NCBI GenBank assembly: GCA_963692915.1
Contig: OY843584.1
Span: forward strand, 1,280,001-1,344,000
Source: Cenarchaeum sp.
Lineage (GTDB): Archaea; Thermoproteota; Nitrososphaeria; Nitrososphaerales; Nitrosopumilaceae
Reading direction: 5' to 3'
DNA: 64,000 nt
This document shows, one piece after another, positions 29,639 to 39,170 of this stretch. The first letter of the stretch is position 1. Each line of letters starts with the position of its first letter. Both the position numbers and the translations under genes were made by a program. The notes under the pieces were generated by a model. It made no database searches. It worked only from the letters and a program-made list of their open reading frames with translations, and had not been told where the DNA came from.

Positions 29639-30730
29639 TTGGCTGAAAAACATACTTCCAGCGTGAAAACCGCCGAGGGGGGGGGGCAACCCGGCCACCC
29701 GGAAGCCAACGTACATTCCTTTGAGGCCATACGCGGCAAGCAGGGCAAGAGAACATTCTACCTAGCCGTCTGCACAATGAAGGCAGCCGCCAAGATATTC
29801 ACCTTTGTGGACGCAAGCACGCCGGCTGACTTGCGCGCGCAGCGCACACTGCGCAAGAGCCGCATACCACGCATACGCGACTATATCATCGGGAATCCGG
29901 ACGACTATATCTTTTCGTCGATTACGGTCTCGGTCAACGGCAAGATCAAGTTTAGCCCATTCAGCGACTATAGCCCCAACATGGGCCTCGCGTCATTCTC
30001 ACAGGACGCATCTGTCCTCATAAACGACGGCCAGCACAGGGTGGCCGCAATAAAGGACACGCTAGAGCAGATGGCCGACTTTGCGCACGACAAGATATCT
30101 GTCGTGTTCTTTGAGGACATTGGGCTAAAGACTAGCCAGCAGATGTTCTCTGATCTCAACAAGAATGCAGTAAAGCCGACAAAGTCCCTAAACATCCTGT
30201 ATGACCGCAGAAACAAGTTCTCAAAGTTTGTAGTCGAGCTGACCGAGACCGTCGAGGTGTTCAAGGGAAGGACAGAGTTGGAAAAAACGACGATCTCTAA
30301 TCGCTCGATAAAGTTCTTTACGCTCAACGGCGTGTTGGAGGCGACAAAGGCATTCCTCGGGCGCACGACAAAGATAACAGACGAGGATAAAGAGCTGACT
30401 GCCGAGTTTTGGACGCACGTGGCAAAAAACATACCAGAGTGGCGTGGCCTAGTGGAGAAAAAGATCGTCCCTGTGAGCATCCGAAACGAGTATGTCCACG
30501 CAAATGTCAACATGCTCGTGACCCTCGGCATCGTCGGCAGAAAGCTTGTGGAGAACTATCCCACTGCCTGGAAGGAGATGCTCGGCGCACTCAACACGAT
30601 AGACTGGCGCCGCTCAAACCACGACTGGGAGGGCAAGGTGGTCATCAACGGCAAGATGATAAAGCACAAGGAGGGAATCGACAGGGCCGTAGAGGCCATA
30701 ATGGGCCGGTGCGTCACGGAGGGGACCTAG
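29639..30730 (+). CDS. dndB: DNA sulfur modification protein DndB (DGQHR domain)
   Basis: AIRGKQ, RAQR, INDGQHR, QQMFSDLN. First gene of the dnd operon. Confidence 0.92.
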   Translation: MAEKHTSSVKTAEGGGQPGHPEANVHSFEAIRGKQGKRTFYLAVCTMKAAAKIFTFVDASTPADLRAQRTLRKSRIPRIRDYIIGNPDDYIFSSITVSVNGKIKFSPFSDYSPNMGLASFSQDASVLINDGQHRVAAIKDTLEQMADFAHDKISVVFFEDIGLKTSQQMFSDLNKNAVKPTKSLNILYDRRNKFSKFVVELTETVEVFKGRTELEKTTISNRSIKFFTLNGVLEATKAFLGRTTKITDEDKELTAEFWTHVAKNIPEWRGLVEKKIVPVSIRNEYVHANVNMLVTLGIVGRKLVENYPTAWKEMLGALNTIDWRRSNHDWEGKVVINGKMIKHKEGIDRAVEAIMGRCVTEGT

Positions 30731-30731
30731 C

Positions 30732-32147
30732 GTGGCAAAATCGTTCTTTGACTCTAGGACGCTCGATGACCTCTATGCCGAGATTAGAGACGTGTATCTC
30801 TCTGATGAGCGCCCGTGGATACTCGGGTTTAGCGGGGGCAAGGACTCTACATGCATGATACAGATCGTGTGGAATGCGCTCTCTGGGCTTGCGCGCGAAA
30901 AGATCACAAAGCGCATATACGTCATATCGTCTGACACGCTAGTCGAGTCGCCAAAGATTGTGGAGACCGTGACTGGTACGCTGCAGAGCATGGAGGAGGC
31001 CGCAGTGCGCGCAGGGCTGCCCATATCGACAAACCTCGTGAGGCCGGTTCTCGCTGAGACGTTCTGGGTCTGCCTCCTTGGCAAGGGGTATCCGGCGCCA
31101 TCCACGACGTTCAGGTGGTGCACCGACCGCCTAAAGATCAGCAGCGCCAACCGCTTTATCAACGAGCGGGTGTCCGAGCATGGCGAGGTCGTAATGCTCC
31201 TCGGCTCCCGCAGCGACGAGAGCAGCACTAGGGCGCAGGTCCTCAGCCTTCATCGCATCGGCGAGACGCCGCTCTCAAAGCACGATTCGCTCACCGGCGC
31301 GTTCATCTATCCGCCGCTGCGCGACTTTACGACGCAGGACGTGTGGAACTATCTCTTGCAGCATTCGCAAAACCCGTGGGGCGGCAACAACCGCGACCTC
31401 CTTGCCCTCTACAAGGACGCCAATGCGGCCGAGTGCCCCCTCGTCGTCGACACGAACACACAGTCGTGCGGCAACAGCAGGTTTGGGTGCTGGACGTGCA
31501 CGGTCGTAGAGCGCGACAAGTCCATGGAGAACATGATCGACTCGGGCGAGACATGGATGGAGCCGCTCCTCGAGCTGCGCGAGGAGCTAAAGAGAACGCA
31601 AGACCCCGAGGTCAAAAAGGAGGTTCGCGAGCTGAAACACCGCAACGGGAGCATTATATTCTGGAAGGGCCGCGTGGCCATGGGCCACTACAAGCTCGAC
31701 TATTGCAAGGGGTTCCTCGAAAAGCTCCTCGTCGCCGAAAAGAGCGTGCGCGAGAACGGGACAGACGCGCAGATGGAGCTCATCGGGCGCGATGAGATTC
31801 GCGAGATACAGCGCATATGGCGCATGGAGCGCGGTGACTGGAAGAACTCGGCATACGCCATACTCGAGGAGGCCACCGGCGAGAGGATTGGCGGCGAGCA
31901 CGACGATGCCGGAACGCTGGGCGCGACCGAGCAGAGTGAGCTCGAGGCCGCATGCGCCGAGCGGTCAATGCCGCCGCTCCTGCTCTCCAGGCTCATCAAT
32001 GCCGAGTTTGAGGCCCGCGGCGCCGGAGGCCGCCAAAAGCTCCACGCGACAATAGAGAGGATAATGAAGGAGGAGTGGCGCGATGACGAAGAGGAGGTTC
32101 TCGCAGACGCGCAGAAAAAGATGGAGATGAGGGAGGAGGCCCGATGA
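30732..32147 (+). CDS. dndC: DNA phosphorothioation sulfurtransferase DndC
   Basis: PWILGFSGGKDS, SDTLVE, GYPAP, FRWCTDRLKI, CGNSRFGCWTCTVV. Confidence 0.96.
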   Translation: MAKSFFDSRTLDDLYAEIRDVYLSDERPWILGFSGGKDSTCMIQIVWNALSGLAREKITKRIYVISSDTLVESPKIVETVTGTLQSMEEAAVRAGLPISTNLVRPVLAETFWVCLLGKGYPAPSTTFRWCTDRLKISSANRFINERVSEHGEVVMLLGSRSDESSTRAQVLSLHRIGETPLSKHDSLTGAFIYPPLRDFTTQDVWNYLLQHSQNPWGGNNRDLLALYKDANAAECPLVVDTNTQSCGNSRFGCWTCTVVERDKSMENMIDSGETWMEPLLELREELKRTQDPEVKKEVRELKHRNGSIIFWKGRVAMGHYKLDYCKGFLEKLLVAEKSVRENGTDAQMELIGRDEIREIQRIWRMERGDWKNSAYAILEEATGERIGGEHDDAGTLGATEQSELEAACAERSMPPLLLSRLINAEFEARGAGGRQKLHATIERIMKEEWRDDEEEVLADAQKKMEMREEAR

Positions 32148-34165
32148 TCCTCACAAGGCTTGTGCTGGAGAACTATGGCGCGTATGAGGGCCGCAACGAG
32201 CTTGACCTAGAGACCTCACCAGAGCGCCCCATAGTCCTCATCGGCGGCGTGAACGGCGCCGGCAAGACGACGATACTCGACTCGATACTCTTGGGCCTCT
32301 ATGGGCGATCGATCTTTGGGCGCGGCATGTCATCGCGCAAGTACCGCGACTATCTCTCAAAGCTCGTCCACAGGAAAAACCGCCACAGGGCAAAGTTTGC
32401 CGCAGTCGAGATTGAGTTTAGGCTCCACCACAGCGGCTCAGAGGACACGTACCTTGTGAGGCGCGAGTGGGAGTCAGTCGGCGATGAGCTTGACTTTTTG
32501 TCGGTGAGCAAGAACGGGGTGGGCCTTGACGGTGCGGGGCGCGAGACATGGCAGCAGTTCATGGACTCGCTTGTGCCTCCCGGCATTGCGCGCATATTCT
32601 TTTTTGACGGCGAAAAGATCGCGCGCATTGCCGAGGACGTGAGCCGCGGGGCAGGCGGGGGCGACAAGGGGACGTTTAGGGCATCGATGGACACGATGCT
32701 CGGCATAGACCTCATTCGCCAGCTGCGCAATGACCTAAGCCTGTACATCATGCGCAGCGGCGGCAGGGGAGCCAGCGTGACAATGTCCGAGTATGACCGC
32801 ATCCTCGGCGAGAAACGCAATGCCGAAGAAGAGATGGCGCACATACGCGGCGAGATGGAGACAAAGGCCGCAAGCCTCGAAAAGGTCGAGAAAAAGATCA
32901 TGTCACTCGAGTCGCACATACGCGGCCTCGGCGGCGAGTATGCGAGGAGGAGGGGCGAGCTGATCGCGCAGAGGTCAGAGTGCTCCGAGTCGACCCGCAT
33001 GCTAGAAGTCAGGCTTCGTGATGCGCTCTCTGGCCACATGGTTCTCGGCGTGATCGGCGGGCGCCTCGCGCAGGTCGCCTCGCAGGTCAGGGCAGACTCG
33101 CAGGCAGCACTCGAGTGTGCCGGAGCGCAGGCCCTAGAGCAGCGGGCCGCCGACCTTGGAGAAAAGATGGGGAGCGGCGCGTTCTGGGAGGGCACCGGCG
33201 TTGCAGAGACTGACAGGGAGGCCGTGGCGGCCAGGGTTCTCGGCGAGCTCTCATCAGGCGATGGGCCAGAGTCGGCGACTCCGGCATTTGACATCAGCAG
33301 GGCCGATGCTGCCCACATACTAGAGATCGCACAGAGGGTGCCGGCCGGAGTCGGCGAGCTGATGGCAGATGCCACAAGGCATGGCAAGGCAGCAGGCGGG
33401 CTTGCCGAGGCCGAGACAAAGATAAGCATGGCTCCGCGAGATGACGAGATAGGGCCGCTCGTCGGCGAGCTGAACGGCCTCAATGAAGAGTCGGGCATGC
33501 TAAAGGCCGAGATGCGGCACCTAGAGGAGAGGCTTGCAAGCCATGACTTTGCGATGCGCTCGCTCAAAAAGCGCCTCGGCGCCATAGTTGATGGCATAAA
33601 AAAGACTGACAGGGGCGTAATGGGCGTAAAGCTCGCAACTGACGCAATAGACACGCTAGAGGCGTACGAGGCGAGGATAAAGAGGGTAAAGATGGCCGGC
33701 ATGGAGCAGTGCATACTGGAGTCTATACGCCACCTCATGCACAAGGAGGACTTTATCACGAGTGTCAGCGTGGATGCCGATGACTATGGGATAGAGCTCT
33801 ATGGCAAGGGTGGTGAGTCGATTCCGCGCGAGTCGCTCTCAAAGGGCGAGATGCAGATGCTCGCCACCGCAGTCCTCTGGTCGATGGTAAAGGTGTCCGA
33901 GAAACCGCTCCCGTTCGTCATTGACACGCCGCTGGCGCGCCTCGACGCAGAGCACAGGGCAAACCTGCTAGAAAGGTTTTATCCGTCAGCCTCGCACCAG
34001 GTCATCATACTATCGACAGACACGGAGATACGCGCTGCCGAGCACAAGAGCCTAAAGGGGCACATATCGCGCTCGTACACGATATCGTATGATGCCGATG
34101 AGCAGAGGACTGCCATACGCGACGGGTATCTTGCCGGCGAGGAGGGGATTGCAGTTGAGGCTTAA
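32144..34165 (+). CDS. dndD: DNA sulfur modification SMC-like ATPase DndD
   Basis: GVNGAGKTT, FFFDGEKI, coiled coil, LSKGE, IDTPLARLD, LSTDTE. Confidence 0.96.
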   Translation: MILTRLVLENYGAYEGRNELDLETSPERPIVLIGGVNGAGKTTILDSILLGLYGRSIFGRGMSSRKYRDYLSKLVHRKNRHRAKFAAVEIEFRLHHSGSEDTYLVRREWESVGDELDFLSVSKNGVGLDGAGRETWQQFMDSLVPPGIARIFFFDGEKIARIAEDVSRGAGGGDKGTFRASMDTMLGIDLIRQLRNDLSLYIMRSGGRGASVTMSEYDRILGEKRNAEEEMAHIRGEMETKAASLEKVEKKIMSLESHIRGLGGEYARRRGELIAQRSECSESTRMLEVRLRDALSGHMVLGVIGGRLAQVASQVRADSQAALECAGAQALEQRAADLGEKMGSGAFWEGTGVAETDREAVAARVLGELSSGDGPESATPAFDISRADAAHILEIAQRVPAGVGELMADATRHGKAAGGLAEAETKISMAPRDDEIGPLVGELNGLNEESGMLKAEMRHLEERLASHDFAMRSLKKRLGAIVDGIKKTDRGVMGVKLATDAIDTLEAYEARIKRVKMAGMEQCILESIRHLMHKEDFITSVSVDADDYGIELYGKGGESIPRESLSKGEMQMLATAVLWSMVKVSEKPLPFVIDTPLARLDAEHRANLLERFYPSASHQVIILSTDTEIRAAEHKSLKGHISRSYTISYDADEQRTAIRDGYLAGEEGIAVEA

Positions 34166-34526
34166 CAAGGTGCGCATGAGCATGAGGTCACAGACCCTGC
34201 TCTCGCAGCTAAAGCACAAGACCGGCCTGCCGGCAAACGTTCTGGGGAGATATGCGATATGCCTGTCGCTTAATGACTCTAGCGTGCCCAACGCCGACCT
34301 CTATGACGAAAAGGGCACCGAGCTGCCGCCGCACATCCTCTTTGGGTCACTAGAGCGCGTCTTTGAGGCAGTCATAGTCGACAGGCTGCGCGAGGACGGG
34401 CTAGAGCCTGCCGAGTATATGGACCGCATGGTCCGCGCGCACCTAAACCGCGGCGCGACTGCGCTCTTTACTCGCGTTGGGGGATTGACTGACCTTTGCG
34501 CACTAGTGGAGGCCGGTCTGCGCTGA
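34155..34526 (+). CDS. dndE: DNA sulfur modification protein DndE
   Basis: LK.KTGL.ANVLGRYAICLSL and HLNRG. The TTG start overlaps the dndD end. Confidence 0.9.
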   Translation: MRLNKVRMSMRSQTLLSQLKHKTGLPANVLGRYAICLSLNDSSVPNADLYDEKGTELPPHILFGSLERVFEAVIVDRLREDGLEPAEYMDRMVRAHLNRGATALFTRVGGLTDLCALVEAGLR

Positions 34527-35686
34527 GCGCGCCGATATACATGGACAGCCACTCGACGACTCCGGTGGACCCGCGCGTGCTAGAGAAGATGATGCCCTAC
34601 TTTGGCGCAAAGTTTGGCAACGCGTCTAGCCTGGATCACACGTACGGTCACGAGGCCGCCGTCGGCGTCGAGGAGGCCAGGGGGAGCGTGGCCGGCCTGA
34701 TCGGCGCGCGCGATTCAGAGGTCGTCTTTACTGGCGGGGCGACAGAGTCAAACAATATTGCGCTAATCGGCGGCATGGCCGGATATGCCGGACGTGGTGA
34801 CCATATCATAACGTGCGCGACAGAGCACAAGGCCGTCCTAGAGACGGCGAGGTATCTAGAGGGCATAGGCAAGAGCGTGACGTACCTGCCGGTGGATGAG
34901 AACGGCGAGGTTGACCTAGGTCAGCTCGAGGAGGCAATAACTGACAGGACTGTGATGGTATCGATAATGGCAGCCAACAATGAGATTGGGACGATCGCCG
35001 ACCTGGGCGGAATAGGCAAGATTGCGCATGAGCGCGGCGTGCTGTTTCACACCGATGCGGCGCAGGCCGTGGGCCATATTCCCATAAACGTCGGAGAGAT
35101 GAAGATCGACCTCATGTCCATGTCGGCTCACAAGATGTACGGGCCAAAGGGGGTGGGTGCGCTCTATGTCAGGGGAATCAACCCGCGTGTAAGGCTGGAT
35201 CCCATGATCCACGGTGGCGGCCAGGAGCGCAACATCAGGTCAGGCTCGCTTAATGTTCCGGGCATTGTGGGGTTTGGTGCTGCAGCAAGGATAGCAAAGG
35301 CCGAGATGAAAGAAGAGGCTGTGCGCCTAGGTGGCTATCGAGAACAGATGCTCTCTGTGCTAGTCGATGAGGCAGGCGCCATACTGAACGCAAGTCCCAG
35401 GCACGTTCTGGCTCACAATCTCAACTTACGCTTTGAAGGCATTGACGGCAAGGCCATAATCAATTCTATATCAAAAGAGGTCGCCATATCGGCGAGCTCT
35501 GCCTGCACTGCAGAGAACGTAGAGGCATCACACGTGCTTTTGGCGATAGGGCTAGACGAAGAGCAGGCGCATTCATCGATACGGATTGGGTTGGGGAAAT
35601 TTAATGGAGAAGAGGGTGTCAAAATGGCAATTAAAACCATAATAAAGACAGTGTCTGCACTAGTGCAGATTAGGGCGAGTATTTAG
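34496..35686 (+). CDS. dndA: Cysteine desulfurase (IscS/DndA type)
   Basis: YMDSHSTTP, GATESNN, HTDAAQ, SAHKMYGPKG, SASSAC. Coupled to dndE. Exact start uncertain (ATG 34541 possible). Confidence 0.9.
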   Translation: MRTSGGRSALSAPIYMDSHSTTPVDPRVLEKMMPYFGAKFGNASSLDHTYGHEAAVGVEEARGSVAGLIGARDSEVVFTGGATESNNIALIGGMAGYAGRGDHIITCATEHKAVLETARYLEGIGKSVTYLPVDENGEVDLGQLEEAITDRTVMVSIMAANNEIGTIADLGGIGKIAHERGVLFHTDAAQAVGHIPINVGEMKIDLMSMSAHKMYGPKGVGALYVRGINPRVRLDPMIHGGGQERNIRSGSLNVPGIVGFGAAARIAKAEMKEEAVRLGGYREQMLSVLVDEAGAILNASPRHVLAHNLNLRFEGIDGKAIINSISKEVAISASSACTAENVEASHVLLAIGLDEEQAHSSIRIGLGKFNGEEGVKMAIKTIIKTVSALVQIRASI

Positions 35687-35766
35687 TTGTAAAAATGAAG
35701 TACAAATGATATAATCACAAGATCAATTTGTCGAATAATAATAAATAATTTAAAATCGATCAAAAA

Positions 35767-37629
35767 TTAAAGGCGGAGATCTGTTATTATTCTTTTTAGA
35801 TCAATCGCACGTATTAGATCGTCAGCGAGCTTTTCTTGTCTAGTTGTTATGCTTTGAATATTCCATATTGGTATGTGAGATAACGCTTCAGTCATTTTCA
35901 AGGTTTTGTGTTTTGCGTATTCAACTTTTTTAACTTCAAATGGTTTATTTGAAATAGAAGTGTTAATTTTTGACGGTAAGAGTGTAAGGTTTCCAAGTAA
36001 TGTAAGATACTGTCGATGAATATCTTTAGCTTGGTTTGAATCAACGTTCGGGTTATTATCAATAATATATTGCTCCCACGGCGCAAATTTTTTAGGCATA
36101 ATATGCTCAAGAGACACATCATATTGACTGCGCGTGCTCGCACCAAGAGATTCAATTTCTTCCAGGAGTGCTATAGCTAACGGAGGTTTTTTAACTCGAT
36201 ATGCCATTAAATTTGCTTTAACTTGGTCATTTTTTGGATATTTTTCATGATCATTAACCAGATTATTAATAATATCTTTTATAGGGACATCAGAATTTAT
36301 AGAATTCATTATACCATACATTGTATCTTCATAGTTAGGCAGAGATGTAGATGTTCCTATAACTTTTATTCTTACATGATACTTGAAACATAGCATGACT
36401 AATGCTTCGAATGATTTGTAGAATTTTGTCTTCCCTCTATAATATTTATTATATCCAGCTAAAATCGCAGGATAGACAAATACTTCGTTTGTACTTTTGA
36501 TTTTTTTGAGATAATGAATCGTATTATCATTTTTGTGAAAATTTACAACGGTTGGATTTCGAATCTGATTTAATCTGTGTGACCAATCATATAAACCTTT
36601 AATAATTTCTGACGGATGAATAGAGTGTTTGTTAACTAAAGTAACAAACGGATCGTACATATGTTTTTGTTTAAGATGAATTGGCACAGGTTTATAATGA
36701 TCAGTGGAATCATCTGCTAGCTTAGAACTATAAAACGTCAGTAAGTAATGATAAAGAAATCTGTCAAGATCATAATCTGATGAATGTTTGTTTGTAATAT
36801 TAACTCGCATTTCATTCCAGCTCACATCATAAGCATCCAGTTCCTCATCACTTATAGCACTTGTTGCAAGCTTTCCAAACAAAAAGCTTTTGATAAGATC
36901 AGAAGGATCTAATGTAGTGCCTCGATTATTAACTAAGTTAAAAATCCGATAAGCTTCGGATTCATCTTTACAGTGATATTGAGAAACGGTAAACTTTGCA
37001 AGAAGTGTGTTGACATAACTATAAACAATTTGTGCCATAGCATCAATATCCAATTCGTTTTGGGGATCATTAGTTTCAATGCCTGATTTTTGTGTGATCC
37101 ATGTGTTGATACGTTCATAGGCAGTTGCGAGAAGAACGCTAGAGTCATTTGAACGATCAATAAGAGAAAGAGGATCAACTACGGATCTTTGTCTGAGAAG
37201 GGTATGAAAAAAATCCTTGTTAGCTTTGCTCAAAGTCAAACGAGGTTTATTCAAATTAGGATCTGGATTAATTGGAGGAACATAAATGATTTGTTCAAGA
37301 CGCTCATAATATTCTGCAGCACGCGGAGAGTTATCTTTATGTGCATAAAAAAAATTACGAGCGCAAATAAAAAACAAAAGAGATGTTGTCATTCGTTGTT
37401 GTCCATCAATAATTTTGACAGGTTTGTTAGTCGATTCACCATGATCAGCCAGTAAAATTGATCCAAAAAAATGTGCATGAATATTGTGTTCGTTGTCGTT
37501 TGCGTATTCAAGATCGTCAAGAAATTCTTTAATCTGTTTTTTTTCCCATGAATATCCACGTTGATAGATTGGAATTGAATAGTAAGTGTGATTATTAAAC
37601 ATAATCTTCAGGGCTTCTGTGTGGTCCAC
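35767..37629 (-). CDS. DUF262-DUF1524 (GmrSD/SspE-like) NTPase-HNH nuclease
   Basis: IPIYQRGYSW, IIDGQQR, IFNLVNNRG, LEHIMP, LGNLTLL. Very AT-rich DNA. Confidence 0.9.
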   Translation of the reverse strand: MDHTEALKIMFNNHTYYSIPIYQRGYSWEKKQIKEFLDDLEYANDNEHNIHAHFFGSILLADHGESTNKPVKIIDGQQRMTTSLLFFICARNFFYAHKDNSPRAAEYYERLEQIIYVPPINPDPNLNKPRLTLSKANKDFFHTLLRQRSVVDPLSLIDRSNDSSVLLATAYERINTWITQKSGIETNDPQNELDIDAMAQIVYSYVNTLLAKFTVSQYHCKDESEAYRIFNLVNNRGTTLDPSDLIKSFLFGKLATSAISDEELDAYDVSWNEMRVNITNKHSSDYDLDRFLYHYLLTFYSSKLADDSTDHYKPVPIHLKQKHMYDPFVTLVNKHSIHPSEIIKGLYDWSHRLNQIRNPTVVNFHKNDNTIHYLKKIKSTNEVFVYPAILAGYNKYYRGKTKFYKSFEALVMLCFKYHVRIKVIGTSTSLPNYEDTMYGIMNSINSDVPIKDIINNLVNDHEKYPKNDQVKANLMAYRVKKPPLAIALLEEIESLGASTRSQYDVSLEHIMPKKFAPWEQYIIDNNPNVDSNQAKDIHRQYLTLLGNLTLLPSKINTSISNKPFEVKKVEYAKHKTLKMTEALSHIPIWNIQSITTRQEKLADDLIRAIDLKRIITDLRL

Positions 37630-38121
37630 GCCGCACCCCCCAATTGTCCATATTTAAAGAATAAGTGAGCCCAACTACCGTTACGTTAGGAACGTAATCT
37701 GTTATAAGTTAAAAATATACTTCCAAAAATTAAAAGTTGGAAGAATAACTAACAAATGATTAATGTGATGAACAGATAATTTGATTAAGAGGTGCTAAAT
37801 GCATATTATGAGGAACAAACCAGAGATACAGATATGCGCTACACATGATTAACGTTGATTCTTGGCATCACGAGTATAATCAAAACAGAGTAATTTATAA
37901 AATAGAAAGTGATGATTTGGTAGAGGGAGGAGGTTGCCCCATGCTGCATCTTTGTTGTCGGATATTATGAGCGTCATTTTAGGCAGATGTTGTACAATAA
38001 GTGTAGTTGAAAACTAGCGTAAAAGTGTGAAAACAACCAAAAGCAAAATACGCATACAATTTAGCATAAAATATTGTAAAATTCATATATATGATAGAAC
38101 GCAGCGGAGCAGGTTGGCAAA

Positions 38122-39153
38122 ATGAGCAAGGTGGCCGAGTCCACGGATCTGCAGCGTGAGTTCATCTCCATAATCACCAAGGGGAAAAAGGACAACACCT
38201 ACAAGTTTGCCCTAGCACGATTCCTCCTTGACTATTCGCGCAGGCAGCACGCGAGTGTCGTGACCGAGGCCATGCAGAAAGGCAGAGGTGTGAACATTCC
38301 CTATGACGAGATAGCAAAGGAGTTCCTCCGATACTATTGGCACCAAGAGTGCATGTACAAGATTAGGCAAAACTATCACGAGCGCAAGCCACCGGCCATA
38401 ATAAGCGTGATTCGGGATCAGATCGGAGGCAACTATATCCCGTCAAAGTTTAGCGACATTGACCGGCAGGATCTGACCGAGATGATACATCAGACTAGAA
38501 AGAGGGTCTTTAACAAGGAAAAAACAAAGACGTCAATAGTCATACCCAGGTTCCAGAACGTCTCCTTTGGGACTACAGTCAGAAAAACGAGGTCGTTTTA
38601 CGACTATGACGATGATGCCGGCACGCTCACGCTAAGGCCCGAGGCGCTCTTGCTGTTTCGCAAAAACTATAACGTGCTCATAAAGTCCGTCTTTCTCGAA
38701 TGGGCCAAATACCTCGAAAGGATAAACACGATGCCCATGCTCATAGCAAAGGTCTCGATGAAGCCAGAGAGGCGCTCGCTCAAGTTTGCGCTAAAGGTCC
38801 TCGAAAAGGACTTTAGGCAGTGCTTTTACTGTAACAGAAGCCTCGATGAGATAGAGACCAACGTGGACCACTTTATCCCGTGGTCGTACGTGTTCGATGA
38901 CGAGCTGTGGAATCTAGTCTTGGCGTGCGGCAAGTGCAACAGCAAGAAAAGCGACCTACTTGCCAGCGAGGACTATCTCAACAACCTCATCGAACGCAAC
39001 GAGGACTGGGGATCGACGATACGGCCGCTTGAGAGGTCACTCAAAAAGATAGACACGGGCAGGGGATGGCAAAAGGAGATCGAGCTCCACTATGAGAACT
39101 GTATGGACTATGGGTTTAGCGTCCGGGACAACCTTTTTGCAGACGGCGCGTAG
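38122..39153 (+). CDS. HNH endonuclease with N-terminal 'TYK' domain
   Basis: KDNTYKFALARFLLD; CFYC...DHFIPWS...WNLVLAC..CN..K. Confidence 0.85.
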   Translation: MSKVAESTDLQREFISIITKGKKDNTYKFALARFLLDYSRRQHASVVTEAMQKGRGVNIPYDEIAKEFLRYYWHQECMYKIRQNYHERKPPAIISVIRDQIGGNYIPSKFSDIDRQDLTEMIHQTRKRVFNKEKTKTSIVIPRFQNVSFGTTVRKTRSFYDYDDDAGTLTLRPEALLLFRKNYNVLIKSVFLEWAKYLERINTMPMLIAKVSMKPERRSLKFALKVLEKDFRQCFYCNRSLDEIETNVDHFIPWSYVFDDELWNLVLACGKCNSKKSDLLASEDYLNNLIERNEDWGSTIRPLERSLKKIDTGRGWQKEIELHYENCMDYGFSVRDNLFADGA

Positions 39154-39170
39154 CCTTTACGCACTAGACC

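Noticed and set aside
32350-33759. Long antisense ORFs (e.g. 32350..33759, 5647..6480, 57507..58487, 3186..4127, 25626..26420)
   Set aside because: These are shadow ORFs opposite well-supported genes in GC-rich DNA, with no recognisable motifs.
37630-38110. AT-rich gap as replication origin or repeat array
   Set aside because: I saw no ORB-like repeats or cdc6/orc1 gene. It is best explained as the non-coding flank of the low-GC insert.
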